DNA of 64,000 nt from Lingula anatina (GCA_051362555.1 CM120640.1:61420788-61484787); one strand, 5' to 3'; shown: positions 1 to 14,596, counted from the first letter of the stretch. Notes: a model not told the origin generated them from the letters alone. Made by a program: numbers and translations.

Positions 1-1483
1 CTATTTTTTTTCTGGGGAACGTTTCAATATAAGTGGCTAGTTTCCAAACATTTTATGACCCATGGTGAGAGAAATGTTCGTTTTATTTTATGGGAGACAT
101 TTTTCGAGAAATGTCAATGGAAGAGCTGTTTGTGTGTGTCCTCATTTGGACTATCAGGTGAAGAATTGCCAACCACATTGACGAGCTTATTCGGAATCAG
201 TAAACTGCTTTGTCAAGTAGCCAATATTTGTTCATTTCAAAGAGGTCTTTCCATTTTTGTGTTCAAAATTATGATAAAAACAGAAACACTTATCATCCAT
301 TAGTCAAAGAGTTGTCTTGGTCTTGCCCTACACACTTCAAACAGTTTCCAATTCCCAATAATAGGCTATAACATCCATTATGAGGACATTAAAAAATAAC
401 AACGCACTTGACTATATGATAGGCTACGATTAACTTACTATAAGTAGAGCAATGATCTTTTTTTCAAGAACACAAGAATTAAAGTAATAACAGTTTAGAA
501 AGTACATGCACCACCATTGCTCATCACTTATCCCTTAAAAACCCATAGGCCAGTCAAAACATTTTAAAGGTATATCATATAATGAAAAAAAGAATGTAGC
601 AGGAACTTGGAGAAGCGCCCCGGGAAAGTCTTAAAGAGCAGACTCGTGACCCGCTAAAAAATCTGAGGAATACCTGGCGGTGCTCCATTACAGAGGCAGA
701 TGATACATTGTCCTGGAGTATTGCGAGGGTCTTAAAGGAGTTATGTCACTCGCACCTTTTTCAATACAGATACTTGGGTAGCATTGTTAAAGTTTTGTCT
801 GCCTGTGATTGGCAACAGCGTAAGGTCTTCATCAATTTTATATTAAATGATGTACATACATCTATCTCATATAACATTATTTTGTGAAAACTGCACGCAT
901 GAAACCATGGGTCAATAGCATACCGAACATAAGGCAACAAAGTCAAAAGGTGCATTTTTGTCTTAGTTTCTTTGAACTGAGAACTTCACACATATACAGG
1001 AGTCCTAAATTTTACCTGTCAGTAACATAAGTGTACAGTTTACAAACAACAAAATAACAACATTATAAAGAACATTAATTAAAAAGAAAGAGACGAACTC
1101 AGACATCATTTTTCAAGATGATCTCCCGGCCAAGACCCCCTATCAACAACCTCAAGAAGGCTGGTGGGCTATAAATATATCTCCGGCGATTTCTCTTGCA
1201 CTCATCACTTCGGTTTCCTATCCGTTTGCCTCCATTACCAAGGCGTAAAATCATTCCCGTATTTGCCTAGTTAATTGGACTTATTTATTTTTCCGAAGCT
1301 TCTGCCTGAAGTGTTTGTTGTAAAGTATAAGACAGTGTATACGATACCCAGGATTACTTTACCATATCTTCGGAGCGGTAAGAGCGAAACAGTTGCTCAG
1401 GCAACCACATGTTAGAAGTGCACAGTTTTGTACAGCAATGCGGGATCAGTAGCTGAAGGGATATAAGAGTGCTTAAGACACAG

Positions 1484-1741
1484 TCAGCGGTCTCGTCGAA
1501 AGGAAATTCCGTGCAGCGAATAGCGATTATCAACCAATGAACAAGAGAGAAAGTTGAATAAACGCTCCAAGTTTACCTTTCTAGCAGGTGAAACGCGTGA
1601 AAAGCGATAACATAATTTTGGGAACATACAGAAAATAAGAACGCGATCGAAAAAACAACGTACCAGGTTGTGTTTCTTAGACATTAACAACATGAGCTAA
1701 CGTATTCGTGCGCAGAAGTTTCTTTCGTGGGATAAATAAAG
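1484..1741 (+). other. Possible non-coding first exon of the two-TM protein gene
   Basis: Strong donor AAG|GTAAGA at 1741/1742. TATA-like TATAAG near 1462 and Inr-like CAGTC near 1481; CpG-richer than flanks. The start is approximate. Confidence 0.35.
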
Positions 1742-3863
1742 GTAAGAAAAATGACAATGAGAAATGAGCATGCTTTAATATGAACTCCAAAATGTTTCCA
1801 TGTACACTTCCATATGAATGTTACCATAATATAACCTCTTTATACGGTGTAGCGGTTTTACAGGTGTCTAAGGTCATTTGCTGCTGTCTAGCAATAAGGT
1901 GAAAATGTAGCAGGTCTTCCCCATGCGAGGTTTATTTAGATGTACGTCAACACATATTCTCCAAAATAAATATTGCCGATGTACCTCACCAATGATCGTG
2001 GCAATTATATACATATACAAACATGCTCTCTGAAAAACTGCATGCAAACTGATGGTTATACTTATTGCAAGAGATACATCACTCCATTCAACAGATTTCG
2101 GCAAGCATAAATCGTCACGATGGCCTGCAAAGTCAAGATGCACAGCCTCCTAATTTGTAGGCAGCAGACTTGAAGAAATCTAAACGTGTAAACGGTTAAA
2201 ATACACGTATATTATAAATTTTCCATATCTACCTCTTCAAAATCGCTAATATTAAGATTCATAACCGTCTTGTAAACCCAACGTATATGTACCCGGTAAC
2301 TATTTCATGTGTATGTATACAATTGCAAGTATCTATCGCAAATACAAGAAAAAGACCAGTTCATTGGTATGGGATATACCTGATATACTTGGCATCATTT
2401 TCAAAAATCAACATACATGTATTTTTTAATCAGTCACAATAAATTCGATGGGGATTGCCCCGAAAACGAACTTTTTGCTGAACTATCTTGTTAAAAATAA
2501 ACAAGGTCTACGTATTCATTGTGTTAAAATTTATACATCATCTTAATATCTTAATCTTGACTATCTTCCTTGGACTATAGTCTTATAGTGTTACATTGCA
2601 CATACTTTCACAACAACATACTGGGTATAACGTTATTTCATATAGTCAATAAACATTTCCGGTATCATTTTTTGTCCTCTTGTTCATGCTCAACGCCAAT
2701 CTCATCTATGATATTAGACGCCGAGTGTTTTGGCAACACCCGTCTGTTGGACTCTGTTTTGGCTGTTCTGCAACCACTGGATATCCGTTTGGTTGCAGTT
2801 CAAGAGTCAAGCAGTGGCACTGTGGCACTTTACTAAATTCATTGAAAACTGTAACAGAAACTTTGCTGCCTGCTCTTTTCAAGTATAACGCTGATCTAAG
2901 CACTTGACTCATATGTCTTTGGGTTTTATTCAGGCTCATCCCCGCAGTTAATATAAATGGTGACTGACACATTCCATCAATTTTTGCTATTAATATTGAC
3001 ATCATCCGATCCTTAACTAAGAGGCAAAGTGACTTCATGGGTAACACTGCTCAATGTTTTCATACTAGGCTTGATGACGTAATAAGCGTGAAATATTAAT
3101 TAAACATGGAATCTCTCTATATTTGTTGTCCTGTTCAGAAGTTGCAGTTAATCATAGTGCTGAGGCTATTATATATCATATAGCTCTGAATTTACCGAAA
3201 TATCACAACATCGTTGTTCATTACAGACCATTTCAGAAAACGCACCTTCAACGCATTTTCTTAAACGCGTTTGAAATGAGTCACAGGAGCCAAGTGTTGA
3301 CAGGTATAAATATTGACTTAAGTAGGCTTGTCGTTATCTATTTTGAAACAGAAAGCGAAGACGTTAAAAAGACTTTTAACTTCAGATGAAGACCGAGCAC
3401 TCAATATAAGTAGGGATCGCCTAATTTCTGGCATATTGCTCTTAGACATAGAAATAAGACAACATGGTGAAAAGTGAAAAAATATGAGGATTGACAGGAA
3501 CAGTTGGATAACACTCAGCGCCAAGCAGTCTGCAAGAACCGATTGGCATTTAGTGCTAATATTATCTTCGAATACTAGTTGTCAAAATGTCAATCTAACA
3601 AAATACCCTTATCGATCTTGTTGCATCATCAGAGCGCCATTCGCTTTTAATTTCTTTCAAGTGATCGGGTTTAGAAGATCCACTGACAGTAATTTATTGT
3701 TTGTTAGCTCATCTAACAAGTACTCTTTTCAGAACGCTCCGACTTTTTTACATTAACAGTGTAAGATACACATTCTTTCAGTCTTCTAGATTACAACATT
3801 TAGTTCAACTCTATAACCTTATTATTTTTTACAGATCTAGACGATTTTGAAGGTGACTGTTAG

Positions 3864-6800
3864 ATGAAATATTTCAACATCATGCCTCTCGACAAGCAGG
3901 CTTGGGCTATTCCCCGCAGTCTTATGTGCACGGGAATATGGTCGGGGTTTATTTTAATATTCATCGGTATGATCATGGTCGTAGCAGGGCAACACAACGA
4001 GATACAGCCAGAGTAAGTCTGCATGATTCTTATCTTTCATGCTATTCTCAATATATTTTTAGGTTCAGCTTTTTCCTCCATTTTTTCGGAAAACATTACT
4101 TTTGATACATAACATATGGAAAAATAATTATGATTGTGTTTTCGGTAGGTATGAACATGGTGCTATTGCAGGCATTGTTGTGAAATACGGAATTATTGAT
4201 GCATTAAAACAGACAGGCGTAGATCTGTTGATTCAGTTATGTTTTACTTTATTCGAAATACAGAAGCTGGAAGCTAAAAACGTTCAAATAAAATTGATGA
4301 AAGTGATGTTTATCAATAAAATGACAAGAGTATATGTCTGTTTTTGTCGACTAAAGTACGTTGACTTGAAATGTCCTAGATTAACCTTGAAGTAAGCCAT
4401 GAACGTGATGTTTTACTAGTTATCACTGGGCTTGAAACATATCAAAAGCGTTAACTCTATTTAACAATGCATAAACTATAGTAAAATGAAAGCACTTATT
4501 TGAAGAGCTGACAAAACTGGCACTGATTCCAATTATTCAACGGCTAGCACAGGCACATCTGGTAAAAAACCAACAGATTCTTCACTGGTCCTAGTTTAAA
4601 AGGTCGTTATTATGGACACACACGACCTGGTTGAGTAGACCGCCCCTAAATTAATCAACCAAACCCTGGGCCTATATGAGTTATGTATCTCATATCCGTT
4701 GGTCGGTGCAAAGAGGCCAATCCGGTAACTTCTTCTCTAGAACATAGAATAATCTTGCATATTTGTAGATGCATATTTCACACTGTGGAGGAATTAAGGA
4801 GTGTATCTCACTAAGGGGTTGGGAAATACATACTATTGGGATACCAATCCGACCAATGTGTTGAATAGTGCCCGTCTTCATGTAACTCAAGTTGGGTTGT
4901 GGATTGGAACCTAAACAAACACACCAGGTAGACTACTCAGCGTTAGGCCTAATTAGTTAATCAAACAACGTGCGTGCTGTCCGGTCGATTAACTAGCTAA
5001 TTGGCCCATATTACCGCACCGTTTGGAATCGTTTGTCCAACGGAAGTTGGAGATTGCAAGAGTTACTAGTACGTAGGCTGATCGACGGTGCTCTTGCACT
5101 TCAAGCAATCAACAAAGATATTTTGCCATGAAACGATACAAAAATAAACGCGCATTTATATTCCAATGACGCATTCAAAGTAGTCCAGAATAGCTTGACT
5201 GCACTGTAAACAGTGAGGCAAAACGAACCTGAAAGAGGAAGAAGCTGTTATAAGAGCACGATTTGAAAACTCATGTATTAAAACCAAATTTATCCTAGAC
5301 AATTTGCACTAAGGCTTGTCCATTTTTAGTCCTTTTATTGCCTTATGCAACATCATTCAACAGCATGCATTTCAATTATTCGCGTTGTTGTAACAAACCG
5401 GCCAAACTGGCTCTCGTCACAGTTGTAAAGATTGGGGATTAAGGCGTTTGCATTTTAGAAAACGGAGTACTTTCTGATTCATTCATGGGCAGATCAAGAA
5501 TGTTGTGTAATTAATTTTTTGCCCAAGATCCTAGAACATGCGATGAAATCGAGCAGATGCCTGCGTATTGCAAAAAAAGCGAAAGCAAGTTCTTCGGCTT
5601 TGATTACTGTGTTGGGGTATGTTTCTTATGTTAGTATTTTTTTAAAGGAAAGTGAGTTATACCTACCACCAAAGCTGTTCACTTGATTTAATACCAAAAC
5701 TGGATGTGATATATAAAATCATAGTGACCGCTTTTACTAATCAGTGTATTCCAACCTAAGGAAGTATATCGAAAGATATATGGAATATGGTGCATTATGT
5801 TATCCGCGTTGATAAAAGATAAAATCATATATATGCAACAGACAAATGTCGAATATATAACAATCGTAAGCTCTATCAGATCAAATAAATGAATTTAAGA
5901 AATATAAACTCTTTATGTCTGTATAAACGTGTAACTGAGACTGTTACGTACACTAACTAACCTTGACACACAAGCCAGGTGAGAGAGAAAAAAGATAAAC
6001 AGGAAATGCTCGTGATATTGCCAAATCTTCTCTGAAAGGTACGCCTGGTGCTTAATTGCGCCTCTACGTCAGTAGTGATAGTACAGCTGACGGCAAATCT
6101 TGTGTCAAAACATGGCAAAACTTGTTTTAATTACAGTCATATGGCTAAGATATGCAAAGTTTGAAACATTAAAACTGGATTACTTATTTATATATAAACA
6201 TTGAAAAATAATATTCCGTGCGAGTGTTTCCTAATACAGGATGTGGTAATTTTAAAATAACAGGTGTGACATGTAAATCGTTGCTGTTCGGCGTTGACAT
6301 TGGTCTTTTGACTAAAGAGCATTCAACGTAGGTTTGACTGAATAATACCTGCCTACACTTTGATAAAATTCTCTATAGCAGCACTGAACTTTTAAATTTT
6401 GATCATGCATTTAATGAAATTTAGATCAATTAAATTTGTCCTTGTTTGAAAAGCACAATAAATGCCATATATCTATGAAAAGGAAGTCAAACTTTCATGT
6501 TACAAATTATCCAATGAAATAATATTTGATTAAATTGGTAAATAATTCTTTAGGACAGATCTATCAAGACTTATTATACCATCGTGCTTACATTGCTTAC
6601 AGTTCAGATCGAGGTATCAAATATGTGCCAAGTTAATACATATAGATAGTATTTAAAAATGCAATGTGACTGTTTTTAGGGCAGGCTATAGACCCTGCAA
6701 AAATTTTAAGCGCATAGGTGTTCACAATTTTCCATCCACCATTTCCAGTGTTTAGTATTTTCAGTCAATTGATGTACACTATTGAGCAAACAGATCAGTT

Positions 6801-9800
6801 TTGAGAGTAATCGGCAAGCAGTTCTCTTCATTCAGGTTTATCACTTCCGCAGTTCTAAGATCCTATGAGCATACTCGGTCAACCTTTAATAACCCCATGA
6901 ATGTACAACTCGACACTCTGACGTAAAAAGTAAATTTCCCTTCATTGAAGGTTACGTAATATGATCATCAGTTTGGTTTCTGAGCTAAAATTCTTTTCGG
7001 TCCAGCACACAATCCGAGGGCAGCAATAGCAATGCGCCCAGTGAACAAGTTTGAGACACAATACAACGTATATTCCTTATTTTTCTTTCCTGTTTTTCGT
7101 GTTTGATATGCACGTGAATTGGCGAAAGCTACAGAAATAGGACGAAAAGTTACTATCATCTTATTGATAATTCTTTTTGCGATGTAACGGGTAAAAGGTG
7201 AATGCTTAGACGTAGAAACGTAGAGACTATCAGTAAAAACAGTACAAAAGCTAATGTGTAGATTTGTTGTTTGGCAGAGAATATGCGCAGTAAAAATCCC
7301 ACAGAAAAGCAAATAGATACATTACGTAAGCAAAGGCATTTACGGTTGCTAAAATATGGAAAACAAATGCGCAAAATAGAGATCAAACTTAGTAAGTCTG
7401 CCTTTGCTCACTACTATAGCAATGTGAGCTATTCTGTGACTTCTTACTAAAATATATATATAAGTGCTTCATCACAGAATATTATCAAGATCTGATAATT
7501 AATAGAGGGACAAATGGACAACGACTAAAAATAACACGAAAGCTATCATGTCTGCGGTAAATTGACCCAAGTAATGTAATACACCAATCCAATGAACGGT
7601 GCAAATGCATTCGTTTTGTAATTCCTGTTGCATTTCTAAGAATATCAATCAAACAGATAACACACGCACGCTTTGATAACCAACAAAAAGTCGGACTATA
7701 CTTTATTACGCTACCACCTAAATGTGTTTCATTGCCATATATAATTCTACCTTTCTAAATATATCTGTGGCTGCACTAGTAATGCATTTTTTCACAATCT
7801 GTATCCTTCTCTTACTAATGGTCATGGTTTAAAATCTGCTCTGACAACAATATATTAGCTATCTATTAGAACAGTTACGAGTAAGCAAAGTATGAGAGCA
7901 ATGTAAATGAAAGTCAAATATCATTTAAATATCTGTCTGTTAGCGAAAATTTTAAATTCTTTTGACATTTTGTTCTGTTGTCGAAATAATTCGCTCTTAC
8001 TTATTTAAAAGTGAGTATTTCGCTTCTGTCCTGACAACGGCAGTCGTAATAATAGCTAACAGTAGAAAGCTATTGAAAAACACTTTCTTTGTCCTTGTAA
8101 CATTCACGTCAGCACTACACTTTTGCAAGAAATAAAAAATGAATTAATGTAATTATATGTATTAATAAATTAAACAGAACATGTGTAAATGGAAATGAAA
8201 ATATATTAATTTTCCTTCAATGATATACTGGCTTTAGCAATGGGTTTTTTAATGAATTGTTTAAAAACAATTTTCAAATCACAGAAGTGTAACATATTCA
8301 CCCTGTGAATCACATCTGAGCAGCATGAAACACCATTTGTTTATTTGCTGGTATGTCTCTGTCATCGACAGTGACAGTAGTAGTCAAATTCTGTGCAGCA
8401 ATGTGTTTCTCAAAGGAAAAGCTGTAACGGACCGGAATTGATCAAATTCCAATCACAGTATCGGTATTGTTCTGTTCAGTAAGAGAGCATTTGTCGGTGG
8501 TTCTCTTTTTTGTTACTGTTAATGCCGCAAAATGGACTAAAATTAAATCTTTAAGTTTCAAAACCCCACGGCGGGCTCATGGTGTCGATGGTAAATAAAA
8601 CCCGGTGTTAGGTATTTCATAACTTGCTCCATAAAACGTAAACAACATGAAGGTTAAGACCTTACTGGGTCCAGGGTGAACGATAAGTCAGGAGTTTTAA
8701 AAGACGAAAGATGTTTCAAAGATCAAAAACTAAGTAGGCCAATGTTTCGAGGTTTTTTTTTTCACGATTGTACATGAATCTTGATACCGTTTTTTTAAAG
8801 ATGTTTTCCAAAGAACGCAATTGTGTTTTCAAACCTCTGCTAATTGTCTTAGAAAAAGACTACTTGTGTCCTTTTAAAGGGAAAACAAAAGAAAACTAGG
8901 CACAAACGTAAAAAGTTGTGAACATAAATAACCATACAACACGCGCGTGTCTAATGCAGTCTCATTTATCTTTTCTCCCCATTAGATCTAAGTGTCATGT
9001 GCACCAAGTCGGTCTACATGATAGCCTTACTTAAGGTAACAGAGAAGACCTGTCAATTATGACTGATTATGCAGTGGGGAATGATAAGTATCGACCAGGT
9101 GAACGCCTGGGTTCTACGCCGTTGGTACGTTCTTGTCTTACAATGCCACCGGATAGGAAACGCATGTATAACGCCCAAGGTGTAATTACGACTTCCTTCC
9201 TTTTTTTTCACTTCTTCTGACCCAAGGTCTGCTGTACTAGCTGTGGCACTTTCATGAAACAGATGCCACATGATTATTTCGTTTATCTCTGGTATTTCAG
9301 GTAACTTCCACAACAAAACCCTATCTTTAGGTTCATTGTTTTGAAATATGCCAAAAACATTATATGGACAAGAACTTTTTGACTATTTTGCTCATCGTTT
9401 AATAACTTGTCCGAAAATTGCCAATTCGCTTACATACTCAAAACAATATGTTATGGGTAAATGATGCACCCCTGTTATTGTATTTATCCACTAGGCCAAT
9501 CTTAACAAGCTTTGTGTCTGACTGAAACACGGAACAAAAAACCGTCTGTAGACTAAGAGAAAACAGATAACCAGGCTGTTTTGAACAAAGAGACCTTGTG
9601 CATCAGAACGGAACGACCCACGGTTAAATGATGAAATATGTTCTAATAAGTCAGTCGGTAATATAAAAAATATTATTATCATAAAACCGTATTACGCTTT
9701 GGAATAGGCTACTTATGCCAAAGTAATATTATTTTCTCATTGAAGTTATAAGATTTGGGGTGAATTTACACGTAATGGCTAGTATAGACCATACCCGTCT

Positions 9801-10675
9801 TTCGTAGGTTGGCATTTCAATGGAATTGGAAACTGAATCGCTACCTGAGGTGAACTGTAAGAAACGCAAGGCATGTTCTGGGCAGGAAATACTTAAGTGC
9901 TAATGACCATTCCTTCAAATGATAAATGCATGTTGTTATGAAAATTCACCAGTAAGCAAATAATCAAGTATGGGATAATGTATTATGAGCTAGCCACTAT
10001 TCATTCACAGAGGAGTAAACACGCTGACTCATGAGTCGGAATTCCAGTCTTGTTTTGAAAAACAATGAAATAGTAAATAGTTGCTGATTTCTGCTTACTT
10101 TTTGTTCAGTATCACCTTATCAGCTACACAGTGTTTTTTAATTAACCAGAAACGTGTTACGCCTTGATATTATGTATCAATAAAACACCTGTTATTTCCA
10201 CAATATTTTGAGTCGGTATCATTCTCAAGCCAAATTTATCTACGTACCAGAAGACAAGATACTTCAAAGGAGCCGAAATTGCTTTTTTTTCTGTAGCCGA
10301 CAGGCAAGAAAAAAAATGAATGAAAAAGCTGGTTGTTCGGTAAAAGCCTACCCTTCAACATATGTCGAATCTACCCGAGAAATAACGTTTAATTATTATA
10401 GCTGCCGCATATAATTTTTGCACGATATATTGGTTGAAAGCCATCCCACTTTATCGTTAGACACTAATTGGGTTTCCTTAAGGTGAGGTATCTTGGCATA
10501 AGGTTTCAGTCTGGTAGTTCTCACTGTGTCCACGTGAGGGAATATATTTTAACGACCCTCCAACAAAACCCGTTTTCATCTTTGTGTTTTAAGTAGATCT
10601 TAACCAAATGGGTGCTGCCGCTAATCAGATTATTTGTTCATCCTGCACATTCTTGTAACATATTGGCGAAGGATC

Positions 10676-10712
<37 letters not shown>

Positions 10713-11002
10713 AGTGAGGCCAACAATAACAGACAGTGAAGTATTCCACAGTTCATCATCATTTCTCTGATAGATAATTTTATACGCATTGCTTTTTTTC
10801 CTTCTAGGATGTACGTAGGCTGGGGAGGCGTTATAATGGGTGTTGGTTTTCTGCTTTTAGCCGTCTGTGCTGTGCTATGTGTTCACGCCCTGTGCATCAT
10901 GAGAAAGAACAGGCCTACGGTGAAGGTATGACACGCGCATTTGTGCGTGTGAAGAATTAAATAAATCTGTAGTTCAACCTTTACAAACATATATTGATTT
11001 GT

Positions 11003-11048
<46 letters not shown>

Positions 11049-12118
11049 TCCCCTACTTCTTGCCAAGTGATTGTTCTTTGAGCTGAATTGAAGAGTTTTT
11101 TTTTACCCTTTTTAAATTAAGAGGCTGGATGATATATTCAAAAACTAAAAACAAATTCATACACTAATAATAGTGATAATTAAGAGGCAATCCGTGTCCT
11201 GAAAGGGTAAAGCTCAAGTTCTATTGGTGACCATATAATATGTGTTTGATATTTTCTGTATTTTGTATCAACACACATATGACATAGTGTTTTATTATTT
11301 GTCCCTAGAACATATCTCACCATTACGGCACCAACGAAGGTTACGATATGGGGTACGCCGACGCCTGCAGCAAAGAATGTCTAATGAAATATGAAGTCAA
11401 AACTATGGTGGTTGCCGAGCAGGATAAGAAGAACCCCAACAAAGTTAACACGGTTAAGATTGCTAATCACCCACGCATCGTTCCAGAACAAGAAAAGTCC
11501 ATCGCAGGGATGCCGGGGAATTCCATTCTTAAGAAAAACAACACCAATTCGAAAATTGTCGGTGGGGGTAATGGCCACAACCTGGGTAAATTGACAGGTT
11601 ATAATCGTCAGGAGAGTCAACCGGGATATAATAATCCAAGCTACGTAGAGCCAAAATCAGGTAGTCCTAGGCCTTACGATCGTCAGAATAGTAACCAACC
11701 GAAACGTGGCAATCCAGCCATATTCAACAACCCTACCAACCCACAAAGTATTCAGCATGACTCTGATAATGGCGAGGCAATATACGCCGAACCTATGTCG
11801 ATTTACGTGACTCAGCCGAGCCAAAACGATGCAGAACGAATCACTTCAAAACCTCCATTTAAGACGCGACTGAAGGGTACTATTTATGGGAATGGGGAGG
11901 CTTATCCGACGCGCACACAGTCGGTCAAAACCCCAACGCCGCAACGCCGTGATAATGAGCGTAGGAGATCCGGCGGTGATTATGCCAACTTGCCTTTAAC
12001 ACCGAGTCCGGATGACTTGTTGACCCCGCCATCTTACGAAGATGTCACCGGTTCCAACGTGAGTGTATACGACAACGTTCCAACAACCCCCAAAGGAAAT
12101 GGTGAACCACCAAGATGA
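3864..12118 (+). CDS. Uncharacterised two-pass membrane protein, 358 aa, 3 coding exons (3864-4012, 10808-10925, 11309-12118)
   Basis: ATG at 3864 follows an in-frame TAG, downstream of acceptor ttttttacag (ends 3834). Junctions GA|GTAAGT..ttctag|G (phase 2) and AAG|GTATGA..ccctag|AAC (phase 0) join in frame into the 256-aa ORF 11348-12118. Protein: MKYFNIMPLDKQAWAIPRSLMCTGIWSGFILIFIGMIMVVAG (TM1) QHNEIQPEMYVGWGGVIMGVGFLLLAVCAVLCVHALCIM (TM2) RKNRPTVK, then a hydrophilic tail. Confidence 0.85.
10680..10709. repeat. (GA)15 microsatellite
   Basis: Read directly from sequence; about 100 nt upstream of the TM2 exon. Confidence 0.95.
11007..11046. repeat. (CA)20 microsatellite
   Basis: Read directly from sequence; about 80 nt downstream of the TM2 exon. 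Confidence 0.95.
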
Positions 12119-14435
12119 CCAATTGAAATTATGATTTCATGTGCATCTTCCTTTTGTCATGGAAGCTTTCACTTCCATCTAATCCTTAGTTACTAAGGGC
12201 TGCATACCGGCATGTGGCATATTTGTGAATGTGCTGGCTGGGGAAGTGAAGCTTAGCAAGATGTTTTTAGAATGCAGGGAGAAAGTTTCTGACATCTTCC
12301 CGTGGACTACATTTAAGATTTGCAATTGGTATTGTTAGATGAGACGTGCCCGCGTTTTACATTTGTGAAATATTTGGCGGAAAGCTATCCCTTCACAGGT
12401 AAAAGGGTTTTCGGTACTGAAGACAGTGGCAGTTCTCAAGCGAAAGATCTATTGCTCTAATTTTATGTGGAATATTTTTATTGGTTTGTTTTAAGAATAT
12501 GTTATGAGGGAAACCGTTTACTCGCAATCAATTTTTTCTGGTAAGTCGTGAAATACATGTTTATGATTAGAAAAGGGTAATGAACTGACGTCGAGGTAAC
12601 GCATATAATTATTAACGCATTAACCGTATGAAAACTAGACACTGATTGACGCTCTCAGTTAGCAGTCACATTTTTGTCCAATTCTGAAACAAATGTGAAG
12701 AATCTAAGAAGCAATCAACCAATGTTTAAAATTCGAGAGTAAATCAAGTGAAACTTAACTGACGTCTACGTGCACGTATTAAGTTCATTTAAAACCCAGT
12801 AGACCAACGGTTTTGTGCATGGTGAAGGACTTAAGGAGTTCAGTTAAAAACTGAAAAAAAAAAAAATCAAACTTAAAATATGTGAATTGTTTGTTATGTT
12901 TAGCTTCTCTTTGGTAAACACCTAATATACTTAATTAGTTTTTATGGCGTAAACAAGGGTGATTCTTAGTCAGAGAAGGATTGTTCTTTGTGAGTGTTGT
13001 GTTTATAAAGAATGGATGCCAGGGCCAAAGATGGATTTTTCACTAGATATTCACAGATATGTCTCTACTTAAATGATGGACTTTTCTACACTGTAACGCT
13101 GTGATAAATATCTAGGATGAGTATATGGCCCGTAATTGCTTGCATAACTGCTCAGGCACTGCCACAAGTTCCTGCCAAGTCCCCCTGACAGCAACCAAGA
13201 GAGTTTATTGCTCTGACCTGAACCTCTTGCTCGTCTGTGACAAATAAAAAGAGCCCCTTATGAATAGCTTGTTACTTCAGAGTGTTCTTTTAAATCACGT
13301 AACTCGTTTCAGTAGACAGCTAAGCTAAGGCGGGTTACGTAACGAGAGTTTATCACATCGGCGCGAAGCCCAGCTCCTACAGAGCGGATACAATGTCATC
13401 CGCACCCCTGCAAGTTTAAATGCTTTCATATGGCCAAAAGTTACAGGGTCGCGTCAGAGAAAAGTTCACATAATAAGATCTGCGGTCCTGGTAGAAGTTA
13501 TAAACTAGTTGAGGCTGTTCGAAAACTTACATCATAGTTTGTGCTCACAAAATAACCAGTGAGTTGGTCTGTACGTTACTATTTGAAGAACTGTTGGCTA
13601 TTTTATTGAATTATTTTTTACATTCATAGAGGTGGCGCATTCGATTTTGAGGTAGAACTTTGTATTGTTGCAGAAGAGAGAGAATTACACGTATTTTATC
13701 AAAGGTACTCTATTAATCAAGGACCACTGCAAAACGATTTGCCAAAACACAATTATCATTAGAAGTAAAGCACACTGGTGTTTACTTAACTGAATTGTCG
13801 TCGGACGGTATTGAGCTTCCCTTGTCCAAACAAAACTGAAAATGTTAGTTCTCTATACAGGAGCCATAATGCGTTTTTTTTTTTCTTTTTTTTAAGGAGG
13901 AAACAAAAAATCGAACTCAAAATATGAGAAAAAGATTACTCATTCACGAGCCAAAATAGTCAAATTTATTGTACAAAGACACCAAAATCGTTTTGCAGTA
14001 GACAAATTTTACAACAGTTGCTTTTGTTTTATGGCTTGCCTTCGAAACTCACGTTTGTTTCTGTATACATTTTTATTTGCCGAACATAAGCTACCGAATC
14101 TTTAGTCCGGCATCGAATAGGTTACAAGGGACTGTTAGAGATGGGTTAAACCACGTCATTAATGTCAAGGTTAGAAACTATAAACTCTTTCGTATTTAGC
14201 AATGGACTGAATACCATCTATCATTTTAAAGTGACGATTATGTTTTTTTTTAAGTAAGCGGGGAGTAACATTAATGGCTCACCTTTCCTTGTAGAGCACT
14301 TGTAGATTATTGCACTGTGTGGACTTGATATTAGGATTATTGGATTTTCTTCAATTTGAAACTTATTGTGACCTTATGTGTATAACATATTGTCCTGATA
14401 ACATATACTGCTACCTATGCATTATGTTTACTTGC

Positions 14436-14441
14436 AATAAA
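14436..14441 (+). terminator. Candidate polyadenylation signal of the two-TM protein gene (3'UTR about 2.3 kb)
   Basis: AATAAA after a U-rich region and just before the intergenic MITE. An earlier AATAAA near 13243 is an alternative. Confidence 0.45.
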
Positions 14442-14596
14442 CACTTGAAGCACGTGTCATAATAGCCGTTTGATCTCGAGAGTGCCGCCACACCTAACAC
14501 ATTTATCTGAACGGTCACACCGTTCGAGCTTCAGCATTGTATACCTAATCCAAGATTCAACTGAAGGAAGCCCGTTTCCAAAAAACTCATATTTAA

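Noticed and set aside
628-737. GTCTTAAAG direct repeat flanking a GC-richer 92-bp segment
   Set aside because: No TIRs and no second copy in the window; cannot be called an insertion.
55-3756. Many 60-110 aa ORFs in the track here and throughout introns
   Set aside because: Alternative start codons, F/L/I/K-biased composition of AT-rich non-coding DNA, no splice-compatible partners and no recognisable motifs.
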